Under the pieces are notes generated by a model, which was given only the letters and a program-made list of their open reading frames with translations, was not told the DNA's origin and did no database searches. From the NCBI GenBank assembly GCA_050015395.1, contig JBEKBM010000021.1, positions 1 to 53,010 of the forward strand: DNA of 53,010 nt, given 5' to 3'. This DNA comes from Candidatus Bathyarchaeia archaeon. Lineage in GTDB: Archaea > Thermoproteota > Bathyarchaeia > Bathyarchaeales > Bathycorpusculaceae. The position numbers and the translations under genes are program-made. Shown in pieces: positions 1 through 9,575 of the stretch. The stretch's first letter is position 1. The number at the start of each line of letters is the position of its first letter.

Positions 1-602
1 AAGGAGCTTTTCCCAGACTTCGTATATCCAGCAAGCGAAATAGTCAAGAAGCCAAGCTCCGTTCGCCTCTCTCGATGAAGCACCCTTTTTTCCCTGATTT
101 TTGTGAGCTTTTTTAGGATTGTTTGGACTTGCCTTTTTATGGCGTCTCTGTAAACGTCTGCTTCGTAGGCTCCAAGACCCATAAAGCCAGGCTGCTCGCT
201 TCCTTTGGCTAATCTTACTTTTTCCTTGGCGTGCCTGAGTTCGTTTCGCACAGTTGCCAGTTGAATCTGAAGTTGGGCTTCTGTTGTGGTGGCTCTTCTA
301 TTGAAGATTTCAAGTATGAGTTGGAAGCGATCGATGACTTCTACGTGGGTTGCTTTTGCTAGATTGTATGTTTGGCGAGTTTTTAGTTGGTTGTCAAAAA
401 TTACTTTTCCAGCACCAGTTTCCTGCACCATCTGGGCGAGTTCTTCTACTTTTCCAGCGCCTATTTGATACCGTGCATCAGGCGGTCTGGTTTGTTCTAG
501 TGTGGCTACAACAGTGTATCCGGCTGATTCTGCTAATCTTTTAAGTTCATCTAAACTTGACTCTTCACGGTTCAGCCTACGCTGAACTATGACGGCTTTC
601 GT
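1..602 (-). CDS. hflX: GTPase HflX (N-terminal part; gene runs off the left edge)
   Basis: Manual translation: KAVIVQRRLNREESSLDELKRLAESAGY...IDRFQLILEIFNRRATTTEAQLQIQLA...GFMGLGAYE...ISLAGYTKSGKSS (HflX N-domain and G1 motif). Follows mbf1. No ATG/GTG/TTG at the expected start; ACG at 602-600 is proposed. Confidence 0.9.
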
Positions 603-1114
603 TCTGTGGCCGCCTCCCCGCCTTGCTTATCTAACTTAATAAGGTCTCCCAAAGTCAATTCTTGATTGGCGGACTGAGGAATTTGAGGGACTTTTTCTTC
701 TGAGATGGGAACAAGCAACTTGATTTTTAACATGTGTTCAAGCTTTGCGGCAAGCTGGTTGTTTGGCGCCATTTTGCCAGCTTCAAGGTTTCTTAAAACT
801 GAAGCTTTCTCGTTTATTTTTTTGCCCAGTTCCTCATGGGTAAGCGCTAATTTTTCCCGCGCCGCTCTTATTTTATTTGAATAGTCTTCGGCAGGTTCTT
901 GAGTGATTTCCACTTTAGCAACAATTGGTTTCCTTTGAACCATTGTAACAGGAGCCTGCGGTTTTTTGAGGTTTTTTGGGGGAAGGGCTACCTCTTCTTC
1001 ATGTATTATTTTACCATGCTTTGAACATTCAACGCAGACGGTTAGTTTGGCTCCTTCAATTACTGCCGTTATTGGTTCATCATGAATTTTGTGTCCGCAG
1101 ACTTCACATCTCAA
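587..1114 (-). CDS. mbf1: Archaeal multiprotein bridging factor aMBF1 (Zn ribbon + HTH)
   Basis: CEVCG...CVEC Zn ribbon, followed by the Cro/C1 HTH IRAAREKLALTHEELGKKINEKASVLRNLEAG, and TLGD C-terminal motif. Confidence 0.92.
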   Translation of the reverse strand: MRCEVCGHKIHDEPITAVIEGAKLTVCVECSKHGKIIHEEEVALPPKNLKKPQAPVTMVQRKPIVAKVEITQEPAEDYSNKIRAAREKLALTHEELGKKINEKASVLRNLEAGKMAPNNQLAAKLEHMLKIKLLVPISEEKVPQIPQSANQELTLGDLIKLDKQGGEAATERKPS

Positions 1115-1197
1115 TGTAAACTTTCACCTTTCACTGTCTTTATTATCTTGTTATGTTTATACTTGTCGAAAACAAAAAGCTAATCGATGGTGAAAAC

Positions 1198-1665
1198 GTG
1201 GATAACGAACTTGGCAAAGTGAGGGCTATTGCTGACTACCAGTTTGGAAAAGGCGTGGGCGAAAAGCTTTTTCCTGAAAATATTGAAATACAGTTTTCTC
1301 CCAGAACAGGCAGAATACGCTTCATTAACCTAAACGGCGAAAGATTAGCTACCCTCCGCCCAACCGACAGCTTGTTTTCTTTAAGCATTAAAGCAGCCAA
1401 GTTTACGGCTGAAAATTTACCTTTTGCCAAATGTTTTGTTACAGTGCAAAACGACGTTTCAAAGTTCATTGCTGATGGCGGGGACGTTTTTGCTGTTCAC
1501 GTAGTCAAGGTTGATGATGAGATTCGCGCCAAAGATGAGGTCATCGTCAAGGATGAGGCAGGGAATGTTTTGGCGGTTGGGCGGGCTTTGCTTTCAAGCG
1601 TGGAGATGACTGCTTTTAAAACAGGCGTAGCAGTTAAGGTGCGGCATGGCTGCAAGGAAAGTTAA
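1198..1665 (+). CDS. PUA-domain RNA-binding protein (archaeosine tRNA-ribosyltransferase C-terminal-like)
   Basis: IADYQFG, TGRIR, LATLRP, GGDVFA.HV, AVGRALLS...GVAVKVRHG. GTG at 1198 follows GGTGA; the ORF track starts at 1153. Confidence 0.85.
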   Translation: MDNELGKVRAIADYQFGKGVGEKLFPENIEIQFSPRTGRIRFINLNGERLATLRPTDSLFSLSIKAAKFTAENLPFAKCFVTVQNDVSKFIADGGDVFAVHVVKVDDEIRAKDEVIVKDEAGNVLAVGRALLSSVEMTAFKTGVAVKVRHGCKES

Positions 1666-1691
1666 GTTTATGAAGTTCTACAGCAGAATAC

Positions 1692-2075
1692 TTGGTGGAA
1701 GTGAAGTCTACGCATAAACGCATGAACCCTCGAGAGCAAAAACGTTTGATGCAACGTATGGGCATGAACATGGATTCTGTACCCGACGTTCAACAAGTCA
1801 TAATTAGAACAAGCGGCAAAGACATAGTTATCGATGAGCCGGAAGTGGCAATTCTAGAAGTGCAAGGGCAAAAAATGTACCAGGTTATCGGCGGTCAAGT
1901 TTCAGAGCAAGCCCCATCCCAACGCCAAACCGCTAAGGCTACGCAGCCAACGTTCTCTGAAGAAGACATGAGACTGGTGGCAGACCAAACTGGCAAAAGC
2001 TTAGAGAAAGCAAAAGAAGCCCTTGAGGAATGCCAGGGTGATTTGGCGAAAGCTATACTGCTGCTTCAATCTTAA
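1692..2075 (+). CDS. nac: Nascent polypeptide-associated complex protein (aNAC)
   Basis: MNPREQKRLMQRMG, NAC barrel, C-terminal UBA-like EEDMRLVADQTG...GDLAKAIL. Exact start uncertain (1692, 1710 or 1722). Confidence 0.93.
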   Translation: MVEVKSTHKRMNPREQKRLMQRMGMNMDSVPDVQQVIIRTSGKDIVIDEPEVAILEVQGQKMYQVIGGQVSEQAPSQRQTAKATQPTFSEEDMRLVADQTGKSLEKAKEALEECQGDLAKAILLLQS

Positions 2076-2133
2076 TTCTTAATCCTTATTTATATCTCTT
2101 GGATGTCCTATTAGTCATGAAGGGAGTTGGGCA

Positions 2134-3057
2134 GTGATTCAAAACGTAGATGTAGCAGTTATTGGTCACTTCTCAATCGACACAATTCTATTACCCAGCA
2201 GAACTGCCCCATTTGTTGTTTTAGGCGGCGCTGTAACCTACACGTCATTTGCCGCTAAACGTTTGGAAGCAACAGCTTCTGTAATCTCCAAAGTAGGCGG
2301 GAATTTTCCAGAAGCCTACCTGTGGTGGCTAAGGCAAGAAGGCATCGACGTTTCAGGCGTAATTAAACTTACAAATGAGCCGACCACATGTTTTGAGCTG
2401 GGTTACAATGCAGATTTGTCTGATAGAACCCTGAAATTGAAAAGTAAAGGAGCACCAATAAACTTAGCTGACTTACCAGCTGATTTGCATGCTAAGGCAG
2501 TTCATATTGCGCCCATTGCCAACGAAGTATCATTCGAAGTAGTTGAGCATCTGAAGCATTGCGCAGATATACTGTCGCTTGACCCTCAGGGTTTACTTCG
2601 AAGCTTCGACGAAGCAGGAAACGTAACAGAAAACGCTTCGGTTGACAAACGAATACTTGGTTTAATCAACATTTACAAGTCATCCCAAAACGAGATCTAC
2701 GCGTTAACTGGCCAGTCTGAACTTAAACCTGCAATAAGAGCAATTCACGATTTCGGAGTTGAAACCGTCATCGTCACCATGGGCACCAAAGGCTCAGTGC
2801 TCTCAGTCGAGGGAGCACAATACAATATTGCAGCATGCCCTTCACAAGTTGTAGTTGACCCGACGGGCGCAGGAGACGTTTTCGTAGGCGGCTTCTTAAC
2901 CGAGTACCTACGCCAAAAAGAATCAGTATGGTGTGCTTGTGTCGGTTCAGCTGCGGCTTCGGTAGTCGTCGAAGGAATTGGCCCGACTTATTTCGGCACG
3001 AAAGAAGAAATTTATCTGAGAGCCAATTCTTTGTATGAAAAGGAACTTAAGCAATAG
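2134..3057 (+). CDS. PfkB-family carbohydrate/nucleoside kinase
   Basis: GGAVTY N-terminal motif, DPQG, and VDPTGAGDVFVGGF PfkB signature. Confidence 0.9.
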   Translation: MIQNVDVAVIGHFSIDTILLPSRTAPFVVLGGAVTYTSFAAKRLEATASVISKVGGNFPEAYLWWLRQEGIDVSGVIKLTNEPTTCFELGYNADLSDRTLKLKSKGAPINLADLPADLHAKAVHIAPIANEVSFEVVEHLKHCADILSLDPQGLLRSFDEAGNVTENASVDKRILGLINIYKSSQNEIYALTGQSELKPAIRAIHDFGVETVIVTMGTKGSVLSVEGAQYNIAACPSQVVVDPTGAGDVFVGGFLTEYLRQKESVWCACVGSAAASVVVEGIGPTYFGTKEEIYLRANSLYEKELKQ

Positions 3058-3099
3058 CGTATATTTACGTAGTAAACTAATATGCATGAGGCTTTGACT

Positions 3100-3306
3100 G
3101 TGGGACGCATAGAAAAGGGAGTTAAATGCAATGTGTCAGGCTGCGGTAGAGAAGCTGCCCGTTCAATATCAGTTGACAAAGTCAAGGCTGTTTTAAATGT
3201 TAGCAGCAGGGAAAAGCGTGCTTACATTTGCAAAGAGCATTATAAAGAATATAAGAAAAAGACGAAAAAAGATAAAACGCTTGATAAGTGGCGTTACGGT
3301 CACTAA
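3100..3306 (+). CDS. Small basic Zn-binding protein upstream of thrS
   Basis: CNVSGC...ICKEHY ligand pattern with Lys-rich tail; GTG at 3100 is likely (ORF track starts at 3082). Confidence 0.65.
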   Translation: MGRIEKGVKCNVSGCGREAARSISVDKVKAVLNVSSREKRAYICKEHYKEYKKKTKKDKTLDKWRYGH

Positions 3307-3321
3307 GAAGAGTGAAGTGCC

Positions 3322-5211
3322 ATGCGAATACTCCAGTTACACTCTAACTTTATAGTTTTCAAACCAGTCCAAAAAGAAATCGCTATTGCTGAGGAAGCGG
3401 AGCAAAAAGAAAATCGCATAGAAGAAGTCGTAGTATTATTCATCGCCATAGAGCAAGATGACAACACTCAGATAGCGCAGAAAGCCATCGACGACATCCG
3501 AGCTTTTCTAGGTAAACAGAAAACGAACCGCATCCTAATTTACCCCTTTGCACATTTGAGCAGCAACCTCAGTAACCCAAGCGAAGCCCTCAAAATTATA
3601 AAAGCCATGGAAGCCTACGCTAAAGACAAAGGAATCGAAACCTACCGCGCTCCATTTGGCTGGAACAAGCAATTCACCATCTCAATTAAAGGTTACCCGC
3701 TTGCTGAGCAGGCACGCTCTTATGCACCTGCGATAGAAGCTAAGGCTGAAGGTGGAGCGAAAAAAGAAGAAGAACCTGTTTCTGCAGCACTAAAAGCCGA
3801 GGACAAGATGGAGTCTTTCTGGCACATTATCCTGCCCGATGGCTCATTGGTGCCGGTTGAAGAATTCAAGTTTAAGGGGCATGTTAACCTGCAAAAGTTC
3901 TCTCAGTATGAAATTAAGAAGGCTAGGGCAGTCACTCAGATGCCGCCTCATGTTACGTTGATGAAGAGGCTGGAAATCGCAGATTATGAAGCAGGCAGTG
4001 ATCCAGGCAACATCCGCTGGTACCCAAAGGGGCGCATGATAAAATCATTGCTTGAACAGTATGTCAATCTTCGCATGAGTCAGTACGGCGCCATGGAAGT
4101 TGAAACCCCAATCATGTATGACTTTAACCACCCAAGCCTCAAAAGTTACTTAAACCGTTTCCCTGCACGCCAATACGTATTGAAGTCCGAGGACAAGGAG
4201 CTTTTCTTGCGGTTTGCCGCGTGCTTTGGTCAGTTCCTTATGGCTCATGATGCCCAGTTTAGCTACAAGCAGATGCCAATGAAACTATACGAGTTAACAC
4301 GTTACAGTTTTAGGCGTGAAAAAAGCGGTGAAGTCGTCGGCTTAAAACGTCTGCGAGCTTTCACGATGCCTGATTGCCACGCTTTCTGCACTGACCTTGA
4401 GCAGGCGAAGAAAGAGTTCTTGACGCGGTTTAACATGAGTATGGAAGTGTTAAGCAACATAGGCTTAACAAAAGACGATTACGAAGTAGCCATGCGCTTC
4501 ACCAAGGGCTTCTACGATGAACATAAGGAGTTCATTGCTGAATTAGCGAAAAATTTCGACAAACCCATGCTGGCTGAAGTGTGGAACGAGCGGTTCTTCT
4601 ATTTCATCCTCAAATGGGACATCAACTTCGTTGACAACCAAGACAAAGCCGCAGCACTCAGCACAGACCAAATCGACGTGGAAAACGCTAAACGCTATGA
4701 AATAACCTACGTTGACGAGAAAGGCGAAAAACAGTACCCGCTGATTCTGCACTGTTCCCCAAGCGGCGCCATCGAACGAGACATCTACGCGTTACTTGAG
4801 AAAGCTTACCGTGAGCAGATGGCTGGTAGGGCGCCGATGCTTCCGCTTTGGCTTTCGCCAACTCAGGTGCGGCTTATTCCAATATCTGACAAGTTTATGG
4901 ATAAAGTGGATGAGCTTGCAGGGCAAATCGCTTCCCACTGCATACGCGTAGACATCGACGATAGTGCATCGACACTACAGAAGAAAATCCGCGAAGCCGA
5001 GCAGGAATGGGTACCATACATCATCGTTGTCGGCGAAAAAGAAGTTGAATCAGAAACCCTCTCTGTCCGAGACCGGGAGCTTAAGGGTCAACAGCAAAAA
5101 ATGACCACTGAACAATTAATAACAAAAGTATCTGAGAAAATCGCTGGCAAACCCTTCAAACCTTTGCCGTTGCCGCTTTACCTTTCCAAGAGACCGCAAT
5201 TCCACGGTTGA
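3322..5211 (+). CDS. thrS: Threonyl-tRNA synthetase, archaeal type with N-terminal editing domain
   Basis: MRILQLH, IYPFAHLS, RAPFGW editing domain; LRFAACFG, SFRREKSGE, HCSPSGAIER catalytic motifs. Confidence 0.97.
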   Translation: MRILQLHSNFIVFKPVQKEIAIAEEAEQKENRIEEVVVLFIAIEQDDNTQIAQKAIDDIRAFLGKQKTNRILIYPFAHLSSNLSNPSEALKIIKAMEAYAKDKGIETYRAPFGWNKQFTISIKGYPLAEQARSYAPAIEAKAEGGAKKEEEPVSAALKAEDKMESFWHIILPDGSLVPVEEFKFKGHVNLQKFSQYEIKKARAVTQMPPHVTLMKRLEIADYEAGSDPGNIRWYPKGRMIKSLLEQYVNLRMSQYGAMEVETPIMYDFNHPSLKSYLNRFPARQYVLKSEDKELFLRFAACFGQFLMAHDAQFSYKQMPMKLYELTRYSFRREKSGEVVGLKRLRAFTMPDCHAFCTDLEQAKKEFLTRFNMSMEVLSNIGLTKDDYEVAMRFTKGFYDEHKEFIAELAKNFDKPMLAEVWNERFFYFILKWDINFVDNQDKAAALSTDQIDVENAKRYEITYVDEKGEKQYPLILHCSPSGAIERDIYALLEKAYREQMAGRAPMLPLWLSPTQVRLIPISDKFMDKVDELAGQIASHCIRVDIDDSASTLQKKIREAEQEWVPYIIVVGEKEVESETLSVRDRELKGQQQKMTTEQLITKVSEKIAGKPFKPLPLPLYLSKRPQFHG

Positions 5212-5294
5212 TAAACGAATTATAGGTATCATTGGCGTAAACTATATCAAATAATCGAATAATATGAAACAGTTAGTGACGAAGTGAGAACAGT

Positions 5295-6176
5295 ATGAGT
5301 GAATTGGTAGTTTACGTTGACGGTGCATATTATCCTAAATCAGAGGCTAAAATATCCGTCTTTGACCATGGACTCTTGTATGGTGACGGCGTTTTTGAGG
5401 GAATTCGCGAGTACAACTGCATTGTCTTTAAACTTAAAGAGCACATTGACCGCCTGTACCGTTCAGCACATGTGATAACGTTGAAAATTCCCTTAACCAA
5501 GGAGGAAATGACCCAAGCCGTCGTTGAAACCCTGCGGAGAAACAAGTTGAAGAACTCATACATTCGCTTGGTAGTTACCCGAGGAGTAGGCGACCTTGGA
5601 TTAGACCCACGTAAATGCCCCAAACCCTCAGTAATAATCATAACTGACAAAATTATGCTGCATGCAGACGGAGCGAAAGAGAACGGAATCACCACAATGT
5701 TCTCTTGGGTGAGACGAAACCCCGTGGATGCAACCTCACATGAAATAAAATCACTCAACTACCTCAACAGCGTCCTTGCAAAAATTGAAGCAAACGCAAA
5801 CGGCGTTGACGAAGCCATCTGCCTTGAAAGCAACGGTTACGTAGCTGAAGGCGTAGGCGAAAACATTTTTATCGTGAAAAACGGCGAATTATTAACTCCG
5901 CCCACTTCAACAGGCGCCCTTGCAGGCATCACCGCTGAAGTCACAGAGAAACTTGCCGCTAAACTCGGCATAAAACTAACAGTGACCAATCTAACGCCGT
6001 TCATGGTGTTCACCGCTGACGAAGCTTTCTTCACCGGAACAGCCATGGAAATGGTGCCCATACGCGAAGTTAACAAGCGCCAAATCGGCACAGGCAAACC
6101 CGGACACATAACAAAGAAGTTGATGGCTGAATTCCAAAAAGTAATCGAAGACCCAACACAGGGCACAAAAATCTAA
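5295..6176 (+). CDS. ilvE: Branched-chain amino acid aminotransferase
   Basis: DHGLLYGDGVFEGIR, KSLNYLN, EGVGENIF, LAGIT, EAFFTGTA. Confidence 0.95.
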   Translation: MSELVVYVDGAYYPKSEAKISVFDHGLLYGDGVFEGIREYNCIVFKLKEHIDRLYRSAHVITLKIPLTKEEMTQAVVETLRRNKLKNSYIRLVVTRGVGDLGLDPRKCPKPSVIIITDKIMLHADGAKENGITTMFSWVRRNPVDATSHEIKSLNYLNSVLAKIEANANGVDEAICLESNGYVAEGVGENIFIVKNGELLTPPTSTGALAGITAEVTEKLAAKLGIKLTVTNLTPFMVFTADEAFFTGTAMEMVPIREVNKRQIGTGKPGHITKKLMAEFQKVIEDPTQGTKI

Positions 6177-6428
6177 TTTTCTTTCTTGCTTCAACTTATG
6201 ATTTCTTTCATTTTTACTCGTTTCATTTTGATTCGTAATGTTGTCTCCCTAACATTGGTACTTGGAGTAATCACAGTTATAGGTTTATTTCCCATAGACT
6301 CAAACCGAAACAAATTATGTTTTTTCAAACTGTTCCAATTCGAGACCTGACAGCAACCATTCAAAAAAGAGCAACAGGTTCTGCTGCTAATATCTTGGTC
6401 TTATTTGCAAAAACTATCTTTGGAATAT

Positions 6429-7778
6429 TTAAACAATGGAAACTGAGCCAGAGTTCTGTGGTGTAGGCGGTGGGTTTGTCATTTTAGTTTTCAATCTCTT
6501 TCGAAACATTAAGAAAACCACTGTGGCAACAATTACGACCGCAACTATCCCCCCGATTACAATGGATAGAGTGTTAAACGACTTAGTTGAAGGAGACGCA
6601 TGAGAAGTTCTTAAAGCAATAACGTTGTTACCGCCGCCGACGTAGACTACGCCGTTGACAACAGCAGGAGACGACTCATCAAAGCCATTGTTGTAATTCC
6701 AGAGTTTTGCGCCGCTTGTAGCGTTCAAAGCATAAACGTTACCATTCAACGAGCCTACGTAAACTACACCGCCGACAATAGCAGGAGACGAAGAAACAAT
6801 GCTGCCGGCAGTGTAATTCCAGAGTTGGATGCCGTTGGTAGCGTTCAAAGCGTAAACGTTATTGTCATATGAGCCTACGTAGACTACGCCGTTGAGAACA
6901 GCAGGAGATGAAGTAACCGAGTCGATGGTGGGGTAGTTCCAGATTTTGGCGCCGTTTGTAACGTTCAAAGCATAAACATTATGGTCATTGGAGCCTATGT
7001 AGACTACGCCGTTGACAACAGCAGGAGACGAAGTAACCGGGCTGCCGGTTGTGTAGTTCCAGAGTTTGTCGCCTTTTGTAGCGTTCAAAGCGTAAACGTT
7101 ATTGTCATATGAGCCTACGTAGACTACGCCGTTGACAACAGCAGGAGACGACTCGACATTGCCACCAGTGGTGTAACTCCAGATATAAGCGCCGTTAGCA
7201 GCATTCAAAGCATAAACTTTAGCATCACCCGAGCCTATATAGACTACACCGTTGACAACAGCAGGAGACGAAAAAACCCCGCCGCTGGTAGGATAATTCC
7301 AGAGTTTTGCGCCGTTTGTAGCGTTCAAAGCATAAACGTTACCGTCGTCGGAGCCTATGTAAACTATGCCGCCGACAACAGCAGGAGACGACTCAAACCC
7401 AAGGCCACCTGTAGTATAATTCCATAGTTTGGCGCCGTTGGTAGCGTTCAAAGCATAAACGGCGCCCGCTGTTATGCTAGCGGATGTTGATTGTTCAACA
7501 GGCACTGCACCCACAGCGGAGCCTATGTAGACTACGCCGTTGACAACTGCAGGAGACGAATCAACCAGGCCACCGGTAGCCGAATTAGCGATGATGGATT
7601 TCCAGAGTAGCGTGGGAGCAAGCACTGGATTGCCTGTTCCTGCGCCGCTGTGAGACGGGTTCGCGCGGAACATTGGCCAGTCTGCGGAAGACTGTTGAGC
7701 ATTCACCTTTGGCGCATATGCTGAGAACATAGATAAACACAAAATGGCAATAAATGTAATTGCTAATGTTCCCTTCAA
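6429..7778 (-). CDS. Membrane-anchored PQQ-type (BamB-like) 8-blade beta-propeller surface protein
   Basis: Signal peptide, WPMFR motif, eight SSPAV.NGVVY.GS...VYALNA.G..LW repeats, many NxT sequons, C-terminal TM helix followed by RKR. Confidence 0.88.
   Translation of the reverse strand: MKGTLAITFIAILCLSMFSAYAPKVNAQQSSADWPMFRANPSHSGAGTGNPVLAPTLLWKSIIANSATGGLVDSSPAVVNGVVYIGSAVGAVPVEQSTSASITAGAVYALNATNGAKLWNYTTGGLGFESSPAVVGGIVYIGSDDGNVYALNATNGAKLWNYPTSGGVFSSPAVVNGVVYIGSGDAKVYALNAANGAYIWSYTTGGNVESSPAVVNGVVYVGSYDNNVYALNATKGDKLWNYTTGSPVTSSPAVVNGVVYIGSNDHNVYALNVTNGAKIWNYPTIDSVTSSPAVLNGVVYVGSYDNNVYALNATNGIQLWNYTAGSIVSSSPAIVGGVVYVGSLNGNVYALNATSGAKLWNYNNGFDESSPAVVNGVVYVGGGNNVIALRTSHASPSTKSFNTLSIVIGGIVAVVIVATVVFLMFRKRLKTKMTNPPPTPQNSGSVSIV
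6630..7560 (-). repeat. Intragenic tandem repeat, about 120-bp unit, 8 copies
   Basis: Near-identical blocks recur at 6721, 6841, 6961, 7081, 7201 and 7321; 6841-6900 and 7081-7140 differ at 1 of 60 nt. Confidence 0.93.
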
Positions 7779-8049
7779 GCTTACTTCTCCTTATGAAGTA
7801 AACAGTTACCCACTTATTGAAATTTACCTTATGGCATTTGCATTAAAACGGCTTTGACAAAAGTGAAAAAGTATACCTCTATGGGTTAGGTCAACTCAGT
7901 AGAGGGAGGAGGGACTACTTTTTAACTAGTTAAACAACGCTTAAAAAGTAGGCAGGGTAGAGGGTAGGTCATTTTTGTTGGTGGATTTCTATTTCAAAAA
8001 TGAGGGATGGGTAGGTAGAAGCAGCTTTGCAAACAAGCTTTGTATGCTC

Positions 8050-9264
8050 TTACGGTTTCTTTCTTTTGCTTTTCTTCATAAACTGCTCCAACGCGTTGAA
8101 CGCTTCATCCAACTCTTCAATCGGCGGCAGGAAAACTATTCTCGCGTGACCTTTGCCGTAAACAGGGTCGAAGCCTGAGCCGTTAACGATGAGCACGCCG
8201 GTTTCTTTGAGCAGTTGGACTACGAAGTCCATGTCGGTTTTCCATCTTGAGCCGATGTCGTGGATTTTGGGGAAGATGTAAAATGCGCCTTCAGGTTTGG
8301 TGGTGCTTATGCCTTCGATTTCGTTTAGTCGTTTCCAGGAGAAGTCGCGGCGCTGCTTGAGGCGGTCAACGATATCTTTCACCATTTCCTGGGGCCCATT
8401 GAGCGCTTCTGTTGCTGCTATTTGCACGGGCGTATTGGCGCAAATGCGTATGCGGCATTCCTTCTCAACACCTTCCTTGAGTTCGTCGAGTTGTTTGCCT
8501 TCGCCTTTAAAGTACATGTAGCCTAAACGTAAGCCAGTCATTTGGTAAACTTTGGAGAAGCCGTTTAACCCAACAATTGGCACATCCTTAGAAAGGTACG
8601 CTGCACTGACGAATTCTTTCTCGTAAGTTAATTGGTCGTAAATTTCATCAGACAGCACCGGCAGGTCATGTTCTCCTGCAATGTCAAGAATCTCTTTAAT
8701 CGTTTTTCCATCGTAAACTGAACCTGTCGGATTGTTAGGGTTAATGATTACAATGGCACGTGTTTTCTTGGTTATTTTGCTTCTTAAGTCATCGATGTTC
8801 GGATGCCAACCTTCGTCTTCTATAGTTTCATACGCAACAGGTGTGCCATCAAAAAACCTCGTATAAGAAATGTATGGCGGGTAAGTAGGGCCTGGAAAGA
8901 GAATTTCATCGCCTTTTTCAACTAGGGCGCCAAGAATCATCTGTATTCCTTCAGAAATACCCTCAGTTATCAGCACTTTATCTGCTGTAATGTCAACGTT
9001 GTTGACTTTTTTCTCTTTTCTAACGATTGCTTCTCTGAGGTCCAGTCTTCCTTCTGAAGGCGAATAGTAATTATCATCCTTTTGTACTGCCTTACATAAG
9101 GCATCTTTAACATTTTGCGGTGTTTTAAAATCAAATGCCGCTGGGTCACCGATGTTTAGGTAGTAGATTTTCTTGCCATCTTCCACTAGCTGTGTAGTGT
9201 ACGCTATGACATCTCGTATCGCATACTCAATGTTTGATGCTCTGCTGGTTACTTTGATGCTCAA
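8050..9264 (-). CDS. Class I/II PLP-dependent aminotransferase (alanine aminotransferase AlaA-like)
   Basis: YAIRD, LNIGDP, INPNNPTG, SDEIY, NGFSKVYQMTGLRLGY, PEGAFY. Confidence 0.9.
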   Translation of the reverse strand: MSIKVTSRASNIEYAIRDVIAYTTQLVEDGKKIYYLNIGDPAAFDFKTPQNVKDALCKAVQKDDNYYSPSEGRLDLREAIVRKEKKVNNVDITADKVLITEGISEGIQMILGALVEKGDEILFPGPTYPPYISYTRFFDGTPVAYETIEDEGWHPNIDDLRSKITKKTRAIVIINPNNPTGSVYDGKTIKEILDIAGEHDLPVLSDEIYDQLTYEKEFVSAAYLSKDVPIVGLNGFSKVYQMTGLRLGYMYFKGEGKQLDELKEGVEKECRIRICANTPVQIAATEALNGPQEMVKDIVDRLKQRRDFSWKRLNEIEGISTTKPEGAFYIFPKIHDIGSRWKTDMDFVVQLLKETGVLIVNGSGFDPVYGKGHARIVFLPPIEELDEAFNALEQFMKKSKRKKP

Positions 9265-9575
9265 GTTTTGTTACCTGTAACCCAAACACTTGCTAACCAA
9301 AAAAATAAATCTTCCTAAAATTAGATACTGTTAAGTTATTTGTCATGACCTTTTTGATTTTTTGAGAGCTGATGATTTAGGGTTCTGGTTTTGTTAACTA
9401 TGAGTTTTAATTTTTGGATAGTTTTTATAAATCCACGATGCAATAGGGTGTCTCAGAGCGATACCTTTGGGGGGGAAACGGTTGGTGCTGGAAAAGGAAC
9501 ATGGATCTGGTGGAAAACCGAATCACCGACGACGTTATAAGAGAGAAACTAATATAATAGCTGAGGGGGGTTAGA

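Noticed and set aside
6198-6350. 50-aa hydrophobic plus-strand ORF after ilvE (MISFIFTRF...)
   Set aside because: No RBS or recognisable motif; T-rich composition overlapping the likely terminator explains the hydrophobicity
6630-7560. Regularly spaced repeats as a possible CRISPR array
   Set aside because: Units are in-frame 40-aa propeller blades inside a CDS; there are no unique spacers and no cas genes
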